This document shows positions 1 to 9,158 of a stretch of 64,000 nucleotides of DNA, piece by piece (the first letter of the stretch is position 1; each line of letters opens with the position of its first letter). The position numbers and the translations under genes were made by a program. The notes below the pieces were generated by a model. It saw only the letters and a list, made by a program, of their open reading frames with translations, was not told where the DNA came from and did not search any database. Source of the DNA: an uncultured Acidobacteriaceae bacterium (GTDB taxonomy: Bacteria; Acidobacteriota; Terriglobia; Terriglobales; Acidobacteriaceae); assembly GCA_963798185.1 (NCBI GenBank), contig CAWCSJ010000013.1, positions 217,628-281,627 of the forward strand, given 5' to 3'.

Positions 1-1
1 C

Positions 2-766
2 CTCGGTGGAGTATCGTTTTTCGTCGATCAAACGCAGTCGCGACTGGGCGCACGTGAGAGCCTCAGTGACGTGGCGCATAACCTGGAGCGCTGGGTTGAC
101 GGCGTAGTGCTGCGGACGTTCGCTCACGACACCGTCATCACCATGGCCGCGCATGCGTCGATCCCCGTGATTAATGCCCTGAGCGAATTGGAGCATCCGT
201 GCCAGGCGCTGGCCGACATGCTGACCTTGCAGGAACGTTTCGGCGACCTGCGCAACGTGCGTCTCGCCTATCTCGGCGACGGCAACAACGTCGCTCACTC
301 ACTGATGCTCGCGGCGGCCAGTCTGGGAGCGACTATCGCGGTGGGAACGCCCGCGGGATACGAGCCCAGCGAAGCTATTCTGAGCGCGGCGCAAGAGTTG
401 GCGGCGGCTTCTGGCGGGGCCGTGCAGGTGGTCAACGATCCCATCGAAGCGGTGGCCGGAGCCGACGCAATCTACACCGACGTGTGGGCCAGCATGGGTC
501 AGGAAGACGAAGCCGCCGCGCGGCGCGAAATTTTCCTGCCCTTTCAGGTGAATCAGAAGCTGTTCGCCCGGGCCGCCAAGCACGCGGTCTTCATGCACTG
601 CCTGCCGGCACATCGTGGAGACGAGGTTGCTACGGCGGTCATCGATTCGCCGCGATCGGTGGTCTTCGACCAGGCAGAAAATCGCTTGCACGTTCAAAAA
701 GCCATCATGGTTTTATTGCTGGAAGGCGGCGTTCATCGCTTTCCGCCAAGGAGTTCCTATGCGTGA
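2..766 (+). CDS. argF: ornithine carbamoyltransferase, 5' end cut by window edge
   Basis: Frame is open from nt 2. OTCase blocks HPCQALADMLT, YLGDGNNVAHSL, DVWASMGQE and FMHCLPAHRGDEV are present. argG and argH follow. Confidence 0.9.
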   Translation, partial: LGGVSFFVDQTQSRLGARESLSDVAHNLERWVDGVVLRTFAHDTVITMAAHASIPVINALSELEHPCQALADMLTLQERFGDLRNVRLAYLGDGNNVAHSLMLAAASLGATIAVGTPAGYEPSEAILSAAQELAAASGGAVQVVNDPIEAVAGADAIYTDVWASMGQEDEAAARREIFLPFQVNQKLFARAAKHAVFMHCLPAHRGDEVATAVIDSPRSVVFDQAENRLHVQKAIMVLLLEGGVHRFPPRSSYA

Positions 767-1964
767 GAAAGTCGTACTGGCATATTCCGGAGGGCTCGAC
801 ACCTCCATCATCATTCCGTGGCTGAAAGAGAATTACGACTGCGATGTCATCGCCTACGTTGCCGACGTGGGACAAGGCGATGATCTTGATGCTGTAGTCG
901 CCAAGGCGTACGCCACCGGCGCAAGCAAGGTTATTGTCGAAGACCTGCGCCGCGAATTCCTTACCGACTATGTCTTTCCCGCGATCCAGGCGGGCGCGGT
1001 GTATGAGCACAAGTATCTGCTGGGCACGTCGCTGGCCCGGCCAATCATTGCCAAGTATCAGGTGCAGGCGGCGTTGCGGGAAAATGCTACGGCCGTGGCG
1101 CACGGGTGCACCGGTAAGGGCAACGATCAGGTGCGCTTCGAACATGCGTACCAGGCGCTGGCGCCCGAGCTGAAAGTGATCGCCCCGTGGCGGGAGTGGA
1201 CACTGCAGTCGCGTGAAGATTGTCTCGACTACGCCCAGCAACACGACATTTCGGTGGCGCAGAGCCGCGAGAAGATTCACAGCCGCGACCGCAACCTGCT
1301 GCACGTCAGCCATGAAGGCGGCGAACTGGAAGATCCAAATAATCCGCCCCTGGCGAGTACCTGGACGTGGACGAAGTCGCCGCAGCAAGCCGCCGACAAA
1401 GTTGAACAGGTTACGATCGAGTTCACACAGGGCGTGCCGGTTGCGGTGAACGGCGTCATTCTCGATCCCGTGGCGATTGTCGAAGTGCTGAACGAAGTCG
1501 GCGCGCGCAATGCGATTGGCCGCGTCGATCTGGTCGAAAACCGCTTCGTGGGAATCAAGTCGCGCGGCTGCTATGAGACGCCCGGTGGCACGCTGCTACT
1601 GGCCGCGCATCGCGAGCTTGAGGCGCTGTGCCTTGATCGCGACCTAGCGCACTTCAAACAGCACATCGCCTTGAAGTATGCCGAGGTCGTGTACTTCGGG
1701 CTTTGGTTCACTCCTTTGCGTGAGTCGTTGCAGGCTTTCGTGGAAAGCACGCAGCATGATGTCAATGGCAAGGTGACGCTGCAACTGTACAAAGGCAACA
1801 TCGAAGTTACGGGCCGGCGCTCGCCGACGACGTTGTACCGTCCCGACATTGCCAGCTTCACCATGGGCGCGGGTTACCAGCAGAAGGACGCGGAGGGTTT
1901 CATTCGCATCCTGGGACTGCCGGCGCGTTCGCGTGCGCTGGTGCATGCGGAGAGTCTGAAATGA
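759..1964 (+). CDS. argG: argininosuccinate synthase
   Basis: ATG at 759 is preceded by AAGGAG (748-753). N-terminus is MREKVVLAYSGGLDTS (PP-loop). Overlaps the argF stop. Confidence 0.93.
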   Translation: MREKVVLAYSGGLDTSIIIPWLKENYDCDVIAYVADVGQGDDLDAVVAKAYATGASKVIVEDLRREFLTDYVFPAIQAGAVYEHKYLLGTSLARPIIAKYQVQAALRENATAVAHGCTGKGNDQVRFEHAYQALAPELKVIAPWREWTLQSREDCLDYAQQHDISVAQSREKIHSRDRNLLHVSHEGGELEDPNNPPLASTWTWTKSPQQAADKVEQVTIEFTQGVPVAVNGVILDPVAIVEVLNEVGARNAIGRVDLVENRFVGIKSRGCYETPGGTLLLAAHRELEALCLDRDLAHFKQHIALKYAEVVYFGLWFTPLRESLQAFVESTQHDVNGKVTLQLYKGNIEVTGRRSPTTLYRPDIASFTMGAGYQQKDAEGFIRILGLPARSRALVHAESLK

Positions 1965-3355
1965 AGATGTGGTCGGGCCGTTTCGGGCAGGCGCAGGACC
2001 CCGACTTCGAGCAATGGCAGCGCTCGTTTCCATTCGATCGCGCGCTGCTGCCCTACGAGGTGGCGGCGAGCCGCGCCCATGCGAACGCGCTGGCAAGGGC
2101 TGGCGTGTTGAATGAGCCGGAGCTGGCGGCAACGCTGGCGGCGCTGGATCAGATGGCCCGCGAGGGCGTGCCGCAGGATGACGATCCCACGGTCGAAGAT
2201 GTGCACCACTTCGTCGAGAAGCGGCTGGTGGAGTTGGCCGGCGATGTCGGCTACAAGTTGCACACCGGGCGCAGCCGCAACGAGCAGATTGCGACCGACC
2301 TGCGGCTGTATGTGCGCCAGCAGATCGACGCCACGTCGCAAGCGCTGATCGAATTTCTTGGCCAGTTCGTGAAGCAGGCGGAAGATGCCGGCGAGAACGC
2401 GATGCCGGCTTACACGCATCTGCAGCGCGCCGAGCCGGTTCTGGTGGCGCATTGGCTGCTCGCGTATGTCGAAATGTTTTTGCGCGATCTCGACCGGCTG
2501 GCCGATTGCCGCACGCGGCTGAACGAATGTCCGCTCGGTTCGGGAGCGGTGGCTGGAACGATTCTGCCGCTCGATCGCGAGACCCTGGCGAACGATTTGC
2601 AATTCGACTCGCCGACCGCCAACAGCCTCGACGCCACCAGCGATCGTGATTTTGCGATTGAGTTCGTCCAGGGGTTGTCGCTGGTCGCCCTGCATCTGAG
2701 CCGGTGGGCCGAGGAGTTGATTCTGTTTTCGACCACCGAGTTTGGCTTTGTGAAGTTGCCGGAACCGTATTCGACGGGCAGCAGCGCCATGCCGCAGAAG
2801 AAGAATCCCGACGCGCTGGAGCTGATTCGCGGGAAAGCCGGACGAGTGTTGGCCAACGCGACCGAGTTATGGATCTCCGTCAAGGGACTGCCGCTAGCCT
2901 ACAACAAGGACATGCAAGAGACGCAACAGCCTGTCTTCGCCGCGGCTGACCAAGTCGCGAGCATGTTGCGCGTGGCGACTGGATTTCTCGCGACGGTTCA
3001 GTTGGACGCAGAACGGATGCAACAGGCGGCGAGTGGCGGATTCATGAATGCCCTGGCGCTGGCCGCGCTGCTGGTGCGTCGTGGAGTTCCGTTCCGCCAG
3101 GCGCATGAACAAGTGGGCCAGGCGGTTCGCTCCGCCATCCAGAAGAGTTGCGAACTGGAGCAACTGTCGCCGGAAGACTACGCGCAGTGCGGCATCGCAG
3201 CCGATGTCGAAATGTACCGTGCGTTGTCGCTGGGTGAAGTTCTGGCGGTGCACGACGTGCCCGGCGGTACCGCGCCGTTGCGCGTTCGTGCGGCATTAGC
3301 GGCAATCAAAGAGAAGCTATCCATCTACGCAGGAGCTGCGCATGCAGGCACGTAA
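1961..3355 (+). CDS. argH: argininosuccinate lyase
   Basis: ATGA overlap with argG. Fumarate-lyase signature GSSAMPQKKNP. 464 aa. Confidence 0.93.
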   Translation: MKMWSGRFGQAQDPDFEQWQRSFPFDRALLPYEVAASRAHANALARAGVLNEPELAATLAALDQMAREGVPQDDDPTVEDVHHFVEKRLVELAGDVGYKLHTGRSRNEQIATDLRLYVRQQIDATSQALIEFLGQFVKQAEDAGENAMPAYTHLQRAEPVLVAHWLLAYVEMFLRDLDRLADCRTRLNECPLGSGAVAGTILPLDRETLANDLQFDSPTANSLDATSDRDFAIEFVQGLSLVALHLSRWAEELILFSTTEFGFVKLPEPYSTGSSAMPQKKNPDALELIRGKAGRVLANATELWISVKGLPLAYNKDMQETQQPVFAAADQVASMLRVATGFLATVQLDAERMQQAASGGFMNALALAALLVRRGVPFRQAHEQVGQAVRSAIQKSCELEQLSPEDYAQCGIAADVEMYRALSLGEVLAVHDVPGGTAPLRVRAALAAIKEKLSIYAGAAHAGT

Positions 3356-3869
3356 TGCAACCCTTCCCGATGCCATCGGTATCGAGCAAATGATTCAGGT
3401 CCACGTGGCCGACGGGACGCTACTGCCGCGCTCTCTGGCCGAGATTTGCGAGAACATTCGCGACTTCGTGGTGGTGGAACACGATGGCGAAATCCTCGGT
3501 TGCGGCGCGCTGCATTTGTACGGAATGCATCTGGCGGAAATTCGCTCCATCACCGTGACCGCCAGAGCGAAGGGCCGAGGCGCCGGACGGGTGCTGGTTG
3601 ACGCGCTATTGCTCGAGGCGAAGCGGCAGAGCGTGACCTGCATCTGCCTGTTCACGCGCATCCCCGACTTCTTTGGCCAAATGGGTTTTCAGGTTGTGGA
3701 CAAGGAAGCGCTGCCCGACAAGATGCACAAAGATTGTTTGCAATGTCCGCGGCTGCATGCCTGCGATGAAACCGCGATGTATCTGGGCATCCTGCCGAAA
3801 CACGCGCCCGGCGCCATGTCTGCGCGATCGGCTCCGGAGTTTGTGCAGATTGCGCAGGCGCAGAGCTGA
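3342..3869 (+). CDS. GNAT acetyltransferase, probably a short single-domain N-acetylglutamate synthase
   Basis: 175 aa and overlaps the argH end. GNAT acetyl-CoA loop is RAKGRGAGRVLV. Its position in the arg cluster supports the call. Confidence 0.6.
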   Translation: MQARNATLPDAIGIEQMIQVHVADGTLLPRSLAEICENIRDFVVVEHDGEILGCGALHLYGMHLAEIRSITVTARAKGRGAGRVLVDALLLEAKRQSVTCICLFTRIPDFFGQMGFQVVDKEALPDKMHKDCLQCPRLHACDETAMYLGILPKHAPGAMSARSAPEFVQIAQAQS

Positions 3870-3965
3870 GTTGAGTTGAGGAATGTGGCGTCCCGCGAGG
3901 GACTTGGATCTCTTTCTCGCCTCACCCTGCACTTCGCCGGCGGCTTCGTGCTGGGCTAGACTGAG

Positions 3966-4037
3966 CCGCGCCTATGGCGCTGGATTCTCGGTGGAAGCCC
4001 CGCATTTATGCGGGGGGAGGAGCGCTTCAGCGCTCCC
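3966..4037. repeat. REP-like multi-hairpin element (C-type)
   Basis: Hairpins GCGCCTATGGCGC, GAAGCCCCGCATTTATGCGGGG and GGAGCGCTTCAGCGCTCC. The same hairpin units recur at 14228, 21676, 29119, 32751, 42860 and 63425. Confidence 0.8.
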
Positions 4038-4060
4038 GAAAGTCTCCCTTGATGTGTGAG

Positions 4061-4160
4061 TTGTCATCACGAACGGCCTTGGCCGTGAGGGACCTGCTTT
4101 TCCCTTGATTCGTGACAGACGCACATAAAAGCAGATTCCTCGCTTCGCTCGTAATGACAA
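4061..4160. repeat. nested-palindrome MITE-like element (A-type)
   Basis: Terminal inverted repeat TTGTCATCACGA.../...GCTCGTAATGACAA. Inner arms are GGGACCTGCTTT / AAAGCAGATTCC. Near-identical architecture at 30238 and 44043. Confidence 0.8.
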
Positions 4161-4182
4161 TTTCCGGGCCCCACCGAAATCC

Positions 4183-5364
4183 TTACTTGCGATCGGCCGT
4201 CGGCGCCGTTCCCAGCTCGCGGCCACGCGGTCCCGTCGATCCCTTGCCCTTGCCAGCCGCCGCGACGTGCGCGCTCGCCTGCGTGTCGTAACGTTCCAGC
4301 AGAACTGGGACCAGCGCGCCCTCGGCCTCTTTCACAAAAGTCATCTTCCCGTCGCCATTCAAATCGATGCGGATAAAATCGCCGAGCTTCACTTGTCCGG
4401 TGGCCACCAAATTAGCCAGCGGAAACACGACGTTGCGTTCAATCGCACGCTTGAGATGGCGCGCGCCATATTTCAAGTCGGTGCCTTCACTCAACAGAAA
4501 CTGCTTGACCGGAACGGTGCAGCTGAAAACAAACTGATGGTTGCCGGCGATCTGCAGAATGCGCTGCTGCACCAGGCCCAGTTCGATTTCCAGAATCTGT
4601 TCCAGGTGCTCGGAGCGCAAGGTGCGGAAGACTACGATCTTGTCGATGCGGTTCATGAACTCAGGCGAGAACTTGCGGCGCGCCGCTTCCACGGCGGTGC
4701 GATTGATTTTCTCGTCGAGCCTGGAGTCGAGCTGCGCGGGCGTCTGCGCAAATCCCATCGAACCGTTAATCAACTCGTTCATTTCGGTTGCGCCCAGGTT
4801 TGAGGTCATCACGATCACGCATTGCGACAGATCGACGCGGCGGTTATCGCCCAGGGTCAGCGTCGCCTTATCGAGAATGCCCAGCAGCAATTGCCACAGC
4901 GCGTCGGAAGCTTTCTCGATTTCGTCGAACAGCAAGATCGAGAGCTTCAACTTCTCCGTGTGCCAGTGATTGAGCGCTTCCTGCGTCAGCAGCGGATGGG
5001 TCTCGCGGTGGCCCAGGTATCCCGGCGGCGAGCCGATCAGTTTGGCGATCTCATGGGAATGCTGAAACTCGGCGCAATCAATCTTGATGCAGGCATGAGG
5101 GTCGCCGAACAGCGACTCCGCCATGGCCTCCACCACGCGCGTCTTGCCGGAGCCGGTTGGTCCCAGGAAAAGCAAATTTCCCACCGGCCGTCCGGGAGGA
5201 TTCAGTCCTGCGAGAAACATCTGGTAGATCTCGGCCACCTTTTCGACAGCCGGGTCCTGTCCCACAATCCTGCGCCGCAGAGAGGTTTCGAATTCCAACG
5301 CGTCGCTGCTGCGGAGCGTGGGATCGAGGGTTGCGTTCAATCCAGTTTTCATAGTTCTTGCCAT
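4183..5364 (-). CDS. single-ring AAA+ ATPase resembling the ClpA/ClpB D2 module
   Basis: 393 aa. Walker A is GPTGSGKT, Walker B is LLFDEIEKA. Also has SPPGYLGH, TSNLG and GARHLKR. No N-domain, D1 or middle domain. Confidence 0.8.
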   Translation of the reverse strand: MARTMKTGLNATLDPTLRSSDALEFETSLRRRIVGQDPAVEKVAEIYQMFLAGLNPPGRPVGNLLFLGPTGSGKTRVVEAMAESLFGDPHACIKIDCAEFQHSHEIAKLIGSPPGYLGHRETHPLLTQEALNHWHTEKLKLSILLFDEIEKASDALWQLLLGILDKATLTLGDNRRVDLSQCVIVMTSNLGATEMNELINGSMGFAQTPAQLDSRLDEKINRTAVEAARRKFSPEFMNRIDKIVVFRTLRSEHLEQILEIELGLVQQRILQIAGNHQFVFSCTVPVKQFLLSEGTDLKYGARHLKRAIERNVVFPLANLVATGQVKLGDFIRIDLNGDGKMTFVKEAEGALVPVLLERYDTQASAHVAAAGKGKGSTGPRGRELGTAPTADRK

Positions 5365-5724
5365 TTCATCAGCTCAGTCTGGCTCTGATGGACGGAGGTA
5401 CTCCGTAACCATAATGAGATGGATGCTGGTGGCCATTGAGTTGTTTCGTGCCTCACAAAGCTCCCGCACCTGCCCATCGTCCCACCGTCCTTTGGCGTAC
5501 GTCACATTAGGATGCCAGCGTCAGCATTAGCGGCGGCTTACTGAATAGTCAACAGTGTCAAGAAAGTGGCGCTTGTTCTGGTCACGCGTCAAGACCCCTG
5601 TACCCGTCAACTCCGCTGTGGCTCATGACGCGGGATGTGGTGGGTAGTGGCAGGCGTAGAATACGAACATTCGGCAGCGTGGCGTTGGTGAGGATGCGGC
5701 CGTGACCCTGGAGGTATCCAGCCT

Positions 5725-7236
5725 TTGAGCAAACTTCCACAGACCCTGGGCGAGCTGCGCGGTAGCTCGCAGTTTTCTGAGCAACAGGTGCGCACCCGCC
5801 GCGTTAAAGACGAAATGCGCGACAACCTGATGGCGCGCCTGCGCCATGATGGTCCCATCTTTCCCGGCATCGTCGGCTATGACGATACGGTGGTGCCGCA
5901 GATCGTGAATGCGGTATTGTCCCGCCATAATTTCATTCTTCTGGGATTGCGCGGGCAGGCCAAGAGCCGCATTCTGCGCGCGCTGGCCAGCTTGCTCGAT
6001 CCGCATGTGCCTTACCTGAGCGGCTGCGAAATCCACGACAATCCTTATGCGCCGATTTGCCGCCGCTGCCGCGAATTGCTGGCCAACAATCCCGACAACG
6101 CGCCAATTTCGTATCTGACTGCCGAAGATCGCTACGTGGAAAAGCTGGCGACGCCCGACGTCACCATCGCGGACCTGATCGGCGACATCGATCCCATCAA
6201 GGCGGCCAAGGGCGGCCACGAGCTGGGCAGCGAGTACACCGTCCACTACGGACTGTTGCCGCGCGCCAATCGCGGCATCTTCGCTATCAACGAACTGCCC
6301 GATCTCGCCGGCAAAATTCAGGTGGGGCTGTTCAACATCATGCAGGAAGGTGACGTGCAGATTAAAGGCTACCCGGTGCGCATGCCGCTCGACGTGGCGC
6401 TGGTGTTCAGCGCCAACCCCGAGGATTACACCGCTCGCGGCAAAATTATTACGCCGCTGAAAGACCGCATCGGCTCCGAGATTCGTACGCATTATCCGGC
6501 GAGCATCGAAGAGGGCATTGCCATCACGGCGCAGGAAGCGTGGACGGCGCGCAACGGCCTGCAGTTACAGATTCCGGAATTTGTGAGCCAGGTGATCGAG
6601 CAGATTGCCTTCATCGCGCGCGAAGACAAGCGCGTGGACAAGCGATCCGGTGTGAGCCAGCGGCTGCCCATCAGCGCCACGGAAAACGTCGTCTCCAACG
6701 CCGAGCGGCGCGCGATTCGCTCGGGCGAGAAGCTGGTGGTGCCGCGCATCGGCGACATCTACGCCGCGCTGCCGGCGATGACCGGCAAACTCGAGCTGGA
6801 ATACGAAGGCGAACTGAAGGGCGCAGACAACGTGGTGCGCGAGATTATTCGCGCCGCGGTCGCGCGCGCCTACGACAAATATTTTCATGGCAGCGGCAAC
6901 ATGAACCAGGTGGTGCAGTGGTTCGATCTGGGTGGCGAAATCCAGATGCGCGACTCCGCCGGCGCGCAGGAGATGCTGCACAACCTGCGCAGCATTCAAG
7001 GGCTGCTGGATAAATTGAGCGGCCTGGGGCTTAGTGGGAAAGAGCCGTCGGAGGTGCTGGTTTCGGGGGCGGAGTTCATTCTGGAAGGCCTCTATGCGCA
7101 CAAGAAAATTGGGCGCAGCGAAGAGCGGACATTCACCGCCGGCGAGAAACAGCCGGTACGCGAGAAGCCGCGCGTCCGCACCGAAGAGGACGACGAAGTG
7201 CCGGATTTGCGGAGGCACAGAAGGCCGTTCAATTAG
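5725..7236 (+). CDS. BchI/ChlI-like AAA+ ATPase (Mg-chelatase-related; often annotated as sigma54-interacting)
   Basis: TTG start with GGAGG about 10 nt upstream. P-loop-like LLGLRGQAKS, Walker B-like IFAINELPDL. 503 aa. A vWA partner lies downstream. Confidence 0.75.
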   Translation: MSKLPQTLGELRGSSQFSEQQVRTRRVKDEMRDNLMARLRHDGPIFPGIVGYDDTVVPQIVNAVLSRHNFILLGLRGQAKSRILRALASLLDPHVPYLSGCEIHDNPYAPICRRCRELLANNPDNAPISYLTAEDRYVEKLATPDVTIADLIGDIDPIKAAKGGHELGSEYTVHYGLLPRANRGIFAINELPDLAGKIQVGLFNIMQEGDVQIKGYPVRMPLDVALVFSANPEDYTARGKIITPLKDRIGSEIRTHYPASIEEGIAITAQEAWTARNGLQLQIPEFVSQVIEQIAFIAREDKRVDKRSGVSQRLPISATENVVSNAERRAIRSGEKLVVPRIGDIYAALPAMTGKLELEYEGELKGADNVVREIIRAAVARAYDKYFHGSGNMNQVVQWFDLGGEIQMRDSAGAQEMLHNLRSIQGLLDKLSGLGLSGKEPSEVLVSGAEFILEGLYAHKKIGRSEERTFTAGEKQPVREKPRVRTEEDDEVPDLRRHRRPFN

Positions 7237-7242
7237 GGGCGA

Positions 7243-7291
7243 GCAATCAGCAATCAGCACTCAGCACTCAGCATCCAGCACTCAGGCTTCA
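7243..7291. repeat. heptanucleotide tandem array (GCAMTCA units)
   Basis: About 7 units, starting 6 nt after the stop at 7236. It is the reverse complement of the 7717-7835 array. Confidence 0.9.
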
Positions 7292-7320
7292 GAACGAGAA
7301 TCGCAGATCGGAGATTCAAA

Positions 7321-7698
7321 ATGAAGGACTTCAGAGATTTGGATGTTTGGAGGAAGGCGCACTCCGCCACTTTAGCTGTTTATCGCGCCACCGCCGATTA
7401 TCCGAAGGAAGAGCTGTACGGACTGACTTCACAGATGCGAAGGTGCTGCGCTTCTATTCCGGCGAATATTGCGGAAGGGTGCGGACGGCGCGGAAATGGC
7501 GAGTTCCATCGATTTCTGACGATAGCGATGGGCTCAGCTAGCGAGTTGGAGTATCACCTTTTACTCTCGCATGACCTGGGCTTTCTGGAGTTGACAAAAT
7601 TCGACGCTTTGACTTTTCAGACGCAGGAAATCAAGAAAATGCTGGCGTCGTTGATTCGGCGGGTCGATTCGGAACGTGCCCACGCCATGCCAGCCTAG
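7321..7698 (+). CDS. four-helix-bundle protein (23S rRNA intervening-sequence protein family)
   Basis: 125 aa. DLDVWRKAH, YGLTSQMRRCCASIPANIAEG and GSASELEYHLLLS are typical of the family. GGAGA lies 8 nt upstream of the ATG. Confidence 0.85.
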   Translation: MKDFRDLDVWRKAHSATLAVYRATADYPKEELYGLTSQMRRCCASIPANIAEGCGRRGNGEFHRFLTIAMGSASELEYHLLLSHDLGFLELTKFDALTFQTQEIKKMLASLIRRVDSERAHAMPA

Positions 7699-7716
7699 TT
7701 ACAGGTGTTCGTTTTG

Positions 7717-7835
7717 GCTGCGTGCTGAGTGCTGAATGCTGAGTGCTGAATGCTGAGTGCTGAATGCTGAGTGCTGAGTGCTGAGTGCTGAGTGCTGAGT
7801 GCTGAGTGCTGAGTGCTGACTGCTGACTGCTGAGT
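7717..7835. repeat. heptanucleotide tandem array, 17 units of GCTGAGT/GCTGAAT/GCTGACT
   Basis: Exact 7-nt phasing counted from 7717 to 7835. It ends 8 nt before the ATG at 7844. Confidence 0.95.
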
Positions 7836-7843
7836 GCTTCTTC

Positions 7844-9085
7844 ATGCGATTCATCAAATACAAAAAATACGTTCCCGAGCCGGCCTCTGAGATGAGCATG
7901 GAGGACCTGCTCAGCGCGCTTTCCGATTATCTGCTGCAGAGCGGTTTCCAGCAGCAGTACATGGATTTCTACGACCTGAAGGACGCGGAGCAAACGCTGG
8001 ACGATCTGCGCCAGGCCATCGCCGAGGCGCTGCTTAACAGCGACATGCTGGACCAGCAAATGCGCGAGCAGATCGAGAACATGAGCCCTGAGCAGATGGA
8101 AGACCTGATCGAGCAGCTGATCGAGCGCATGGAGCAGGAAAACTACATCAACGTGGATGCGCCGCACGATCCCACGCGCAGCTCGACCGCCGGGGGCCAG
8201 GTCGGCGACGCGCAATCGCAGGCGCGCTTCGAGATCACCGACAAGGGGCTCGACTTCCTCGGCTTTCGCGCGCTGCGCGATCTGCTGGGCTCGCTCGGCA
8301 AATCGAACTTCGGCCGCCACGACACGCGCGACCAGGCCACCGGCATCGAGGCCAGCGGCGCGTCGAAGACCTACGAATTCGGCGACACGCTGAACCTGGA
8401 CATCACCGCGACGCTGTCGAACGCGATTCAGCGCGAAGGCCTGCACCTGCCGCTGAATATCGAGTACAGCGATCTGCAGGTGCATCAGTGCGAATATCAG
8501 TCGTCGTGCGCCACTGTGCTGCTGCTCGACTGCTCACACTCCATGATTCTGTATGGCGAGGACCGCTTTACGCCCGCCAAGAAAGTGGCGATGGCGCTGT
8601 CGCATTTGATCCGCACGCAATACCCTGGCGATTCGCTGTCGCTGGTGCTGTTTCACGATTCGGCGGAGGAGTTGCCGCTGTCGCAGCTGGCACGCGTCAA
8701 GGTCGGGCCGTATTACACCAACACGCGCGAGGGCCTGCGCCTGGCGCAGCGCATCCTGCAACGCCAGCGCAAAGACATGAAGCAGATTGTGATGATTACC
8801 GACGGCAAACCATCAGCGCTGACCTTGGAGGATGGCCGCATCTATAAGAACGCGTTCGGACTGGACCCGCTGGTGGTGAGCGAGACGTTGAAGGAAGTTT
8901 CCAAGTGCAAGCGTGCGGGAATCCTGATCAATACGTTCATGCTCGCGTCTGATTACGGGCTCATCCAGTTCGTGCAGAAGGTCACCGAGATGTGCCGCGG
9001 GAAAGCGTACTTCACCACGCCGTACACGCTGGGCCAGTATCTGCTGATGGACTACATGTCGCGCAAGACCAAGACGGTGCACTGA
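7844..9085 (+). CDS. von Willebrand factor A (vWA) domain protein, partner of the BchI-like ATPase
   Basis: 413 aa. MIDAS DxSxS is present in LLLDCSHSM, and ITDGKPSA follows later. Confidence 0.8.
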   Translation: MRFIKYKKYVPEPASEMSMEDLLSALSDYLLQSGFQQQYMDFYDLKDAEQTLDDLRQAIAEALLNSDMLDQQMREQIENMSPEQMEDLIEQLIERMEQENYINVDAPHDPTRSSTAGGQVGDAQSQARFEITDKGLDFLGFRALRDLLGSLGKSNFGRHDTRDQATGIEASGASKTYEFGDTLNLDITATLSNAIQREGLHLPLNIEYSDLQVHQCEYQSSCATVLLLDCSHSMILYGEDRFTPAKKVAMALSHLIRTQYPGDSLSLVLFHDSAEELPLSQLARVKVGPYYTNTREGLRLAQRILQRQRKDMKQIVMITDGKPSALTLEDGRIYKNAFGLDPLVVSETLKEVSKCKRAGILINTFMLASDYGLIQFVQKVTEMCRGKAYFTTPYTLGQYLLMDYMSRKTKTVH

Positions 9086-9158
9086 GGTAGGGGATAGGGG
9101 TTTGGGCTAGGCGAGCATCTGCTTACTCCCATGTGTGGGATAGTGATATTCTCGGCCT

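Noticed and set aside
199-825. 208-aa Arg-rich ORF overlapping argF in another frame.
   Set aside because: It is an alternative-frame artefact. The argF frame carries all the OTCase motifs.
5365-5724. Searched the divergent intergenic region for a sigma54 -24/-12 (TGGCAC-N5-TTGC) promoter, because BchI-like proteins are often mis-annotated as sigma54 activators.
   Set aside because: Only imperfect matches with wrong GG/GC spacing were found (for example TGGCGCTTGTTCTGG), so nothing is supportable.
7717-7835. Possible CRISPR array, suggested by the regular short repeats.
   Set aside because: Units are 7 nt and contiguous with no spacers, and there is no cas gene. This is a tandem microsatellite-like array, not a CRISPR.
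7631-8485. ORFs whose translations contain repeated peptides such as HSALSTQHSALSTQ (also 7699..7899 and 10085..10795).
   Set aside because: The peptide repeats are simply read-through of the heptamer DNA arrays. The ORFs run antisense into the vWA or GDE genes and have no start context.
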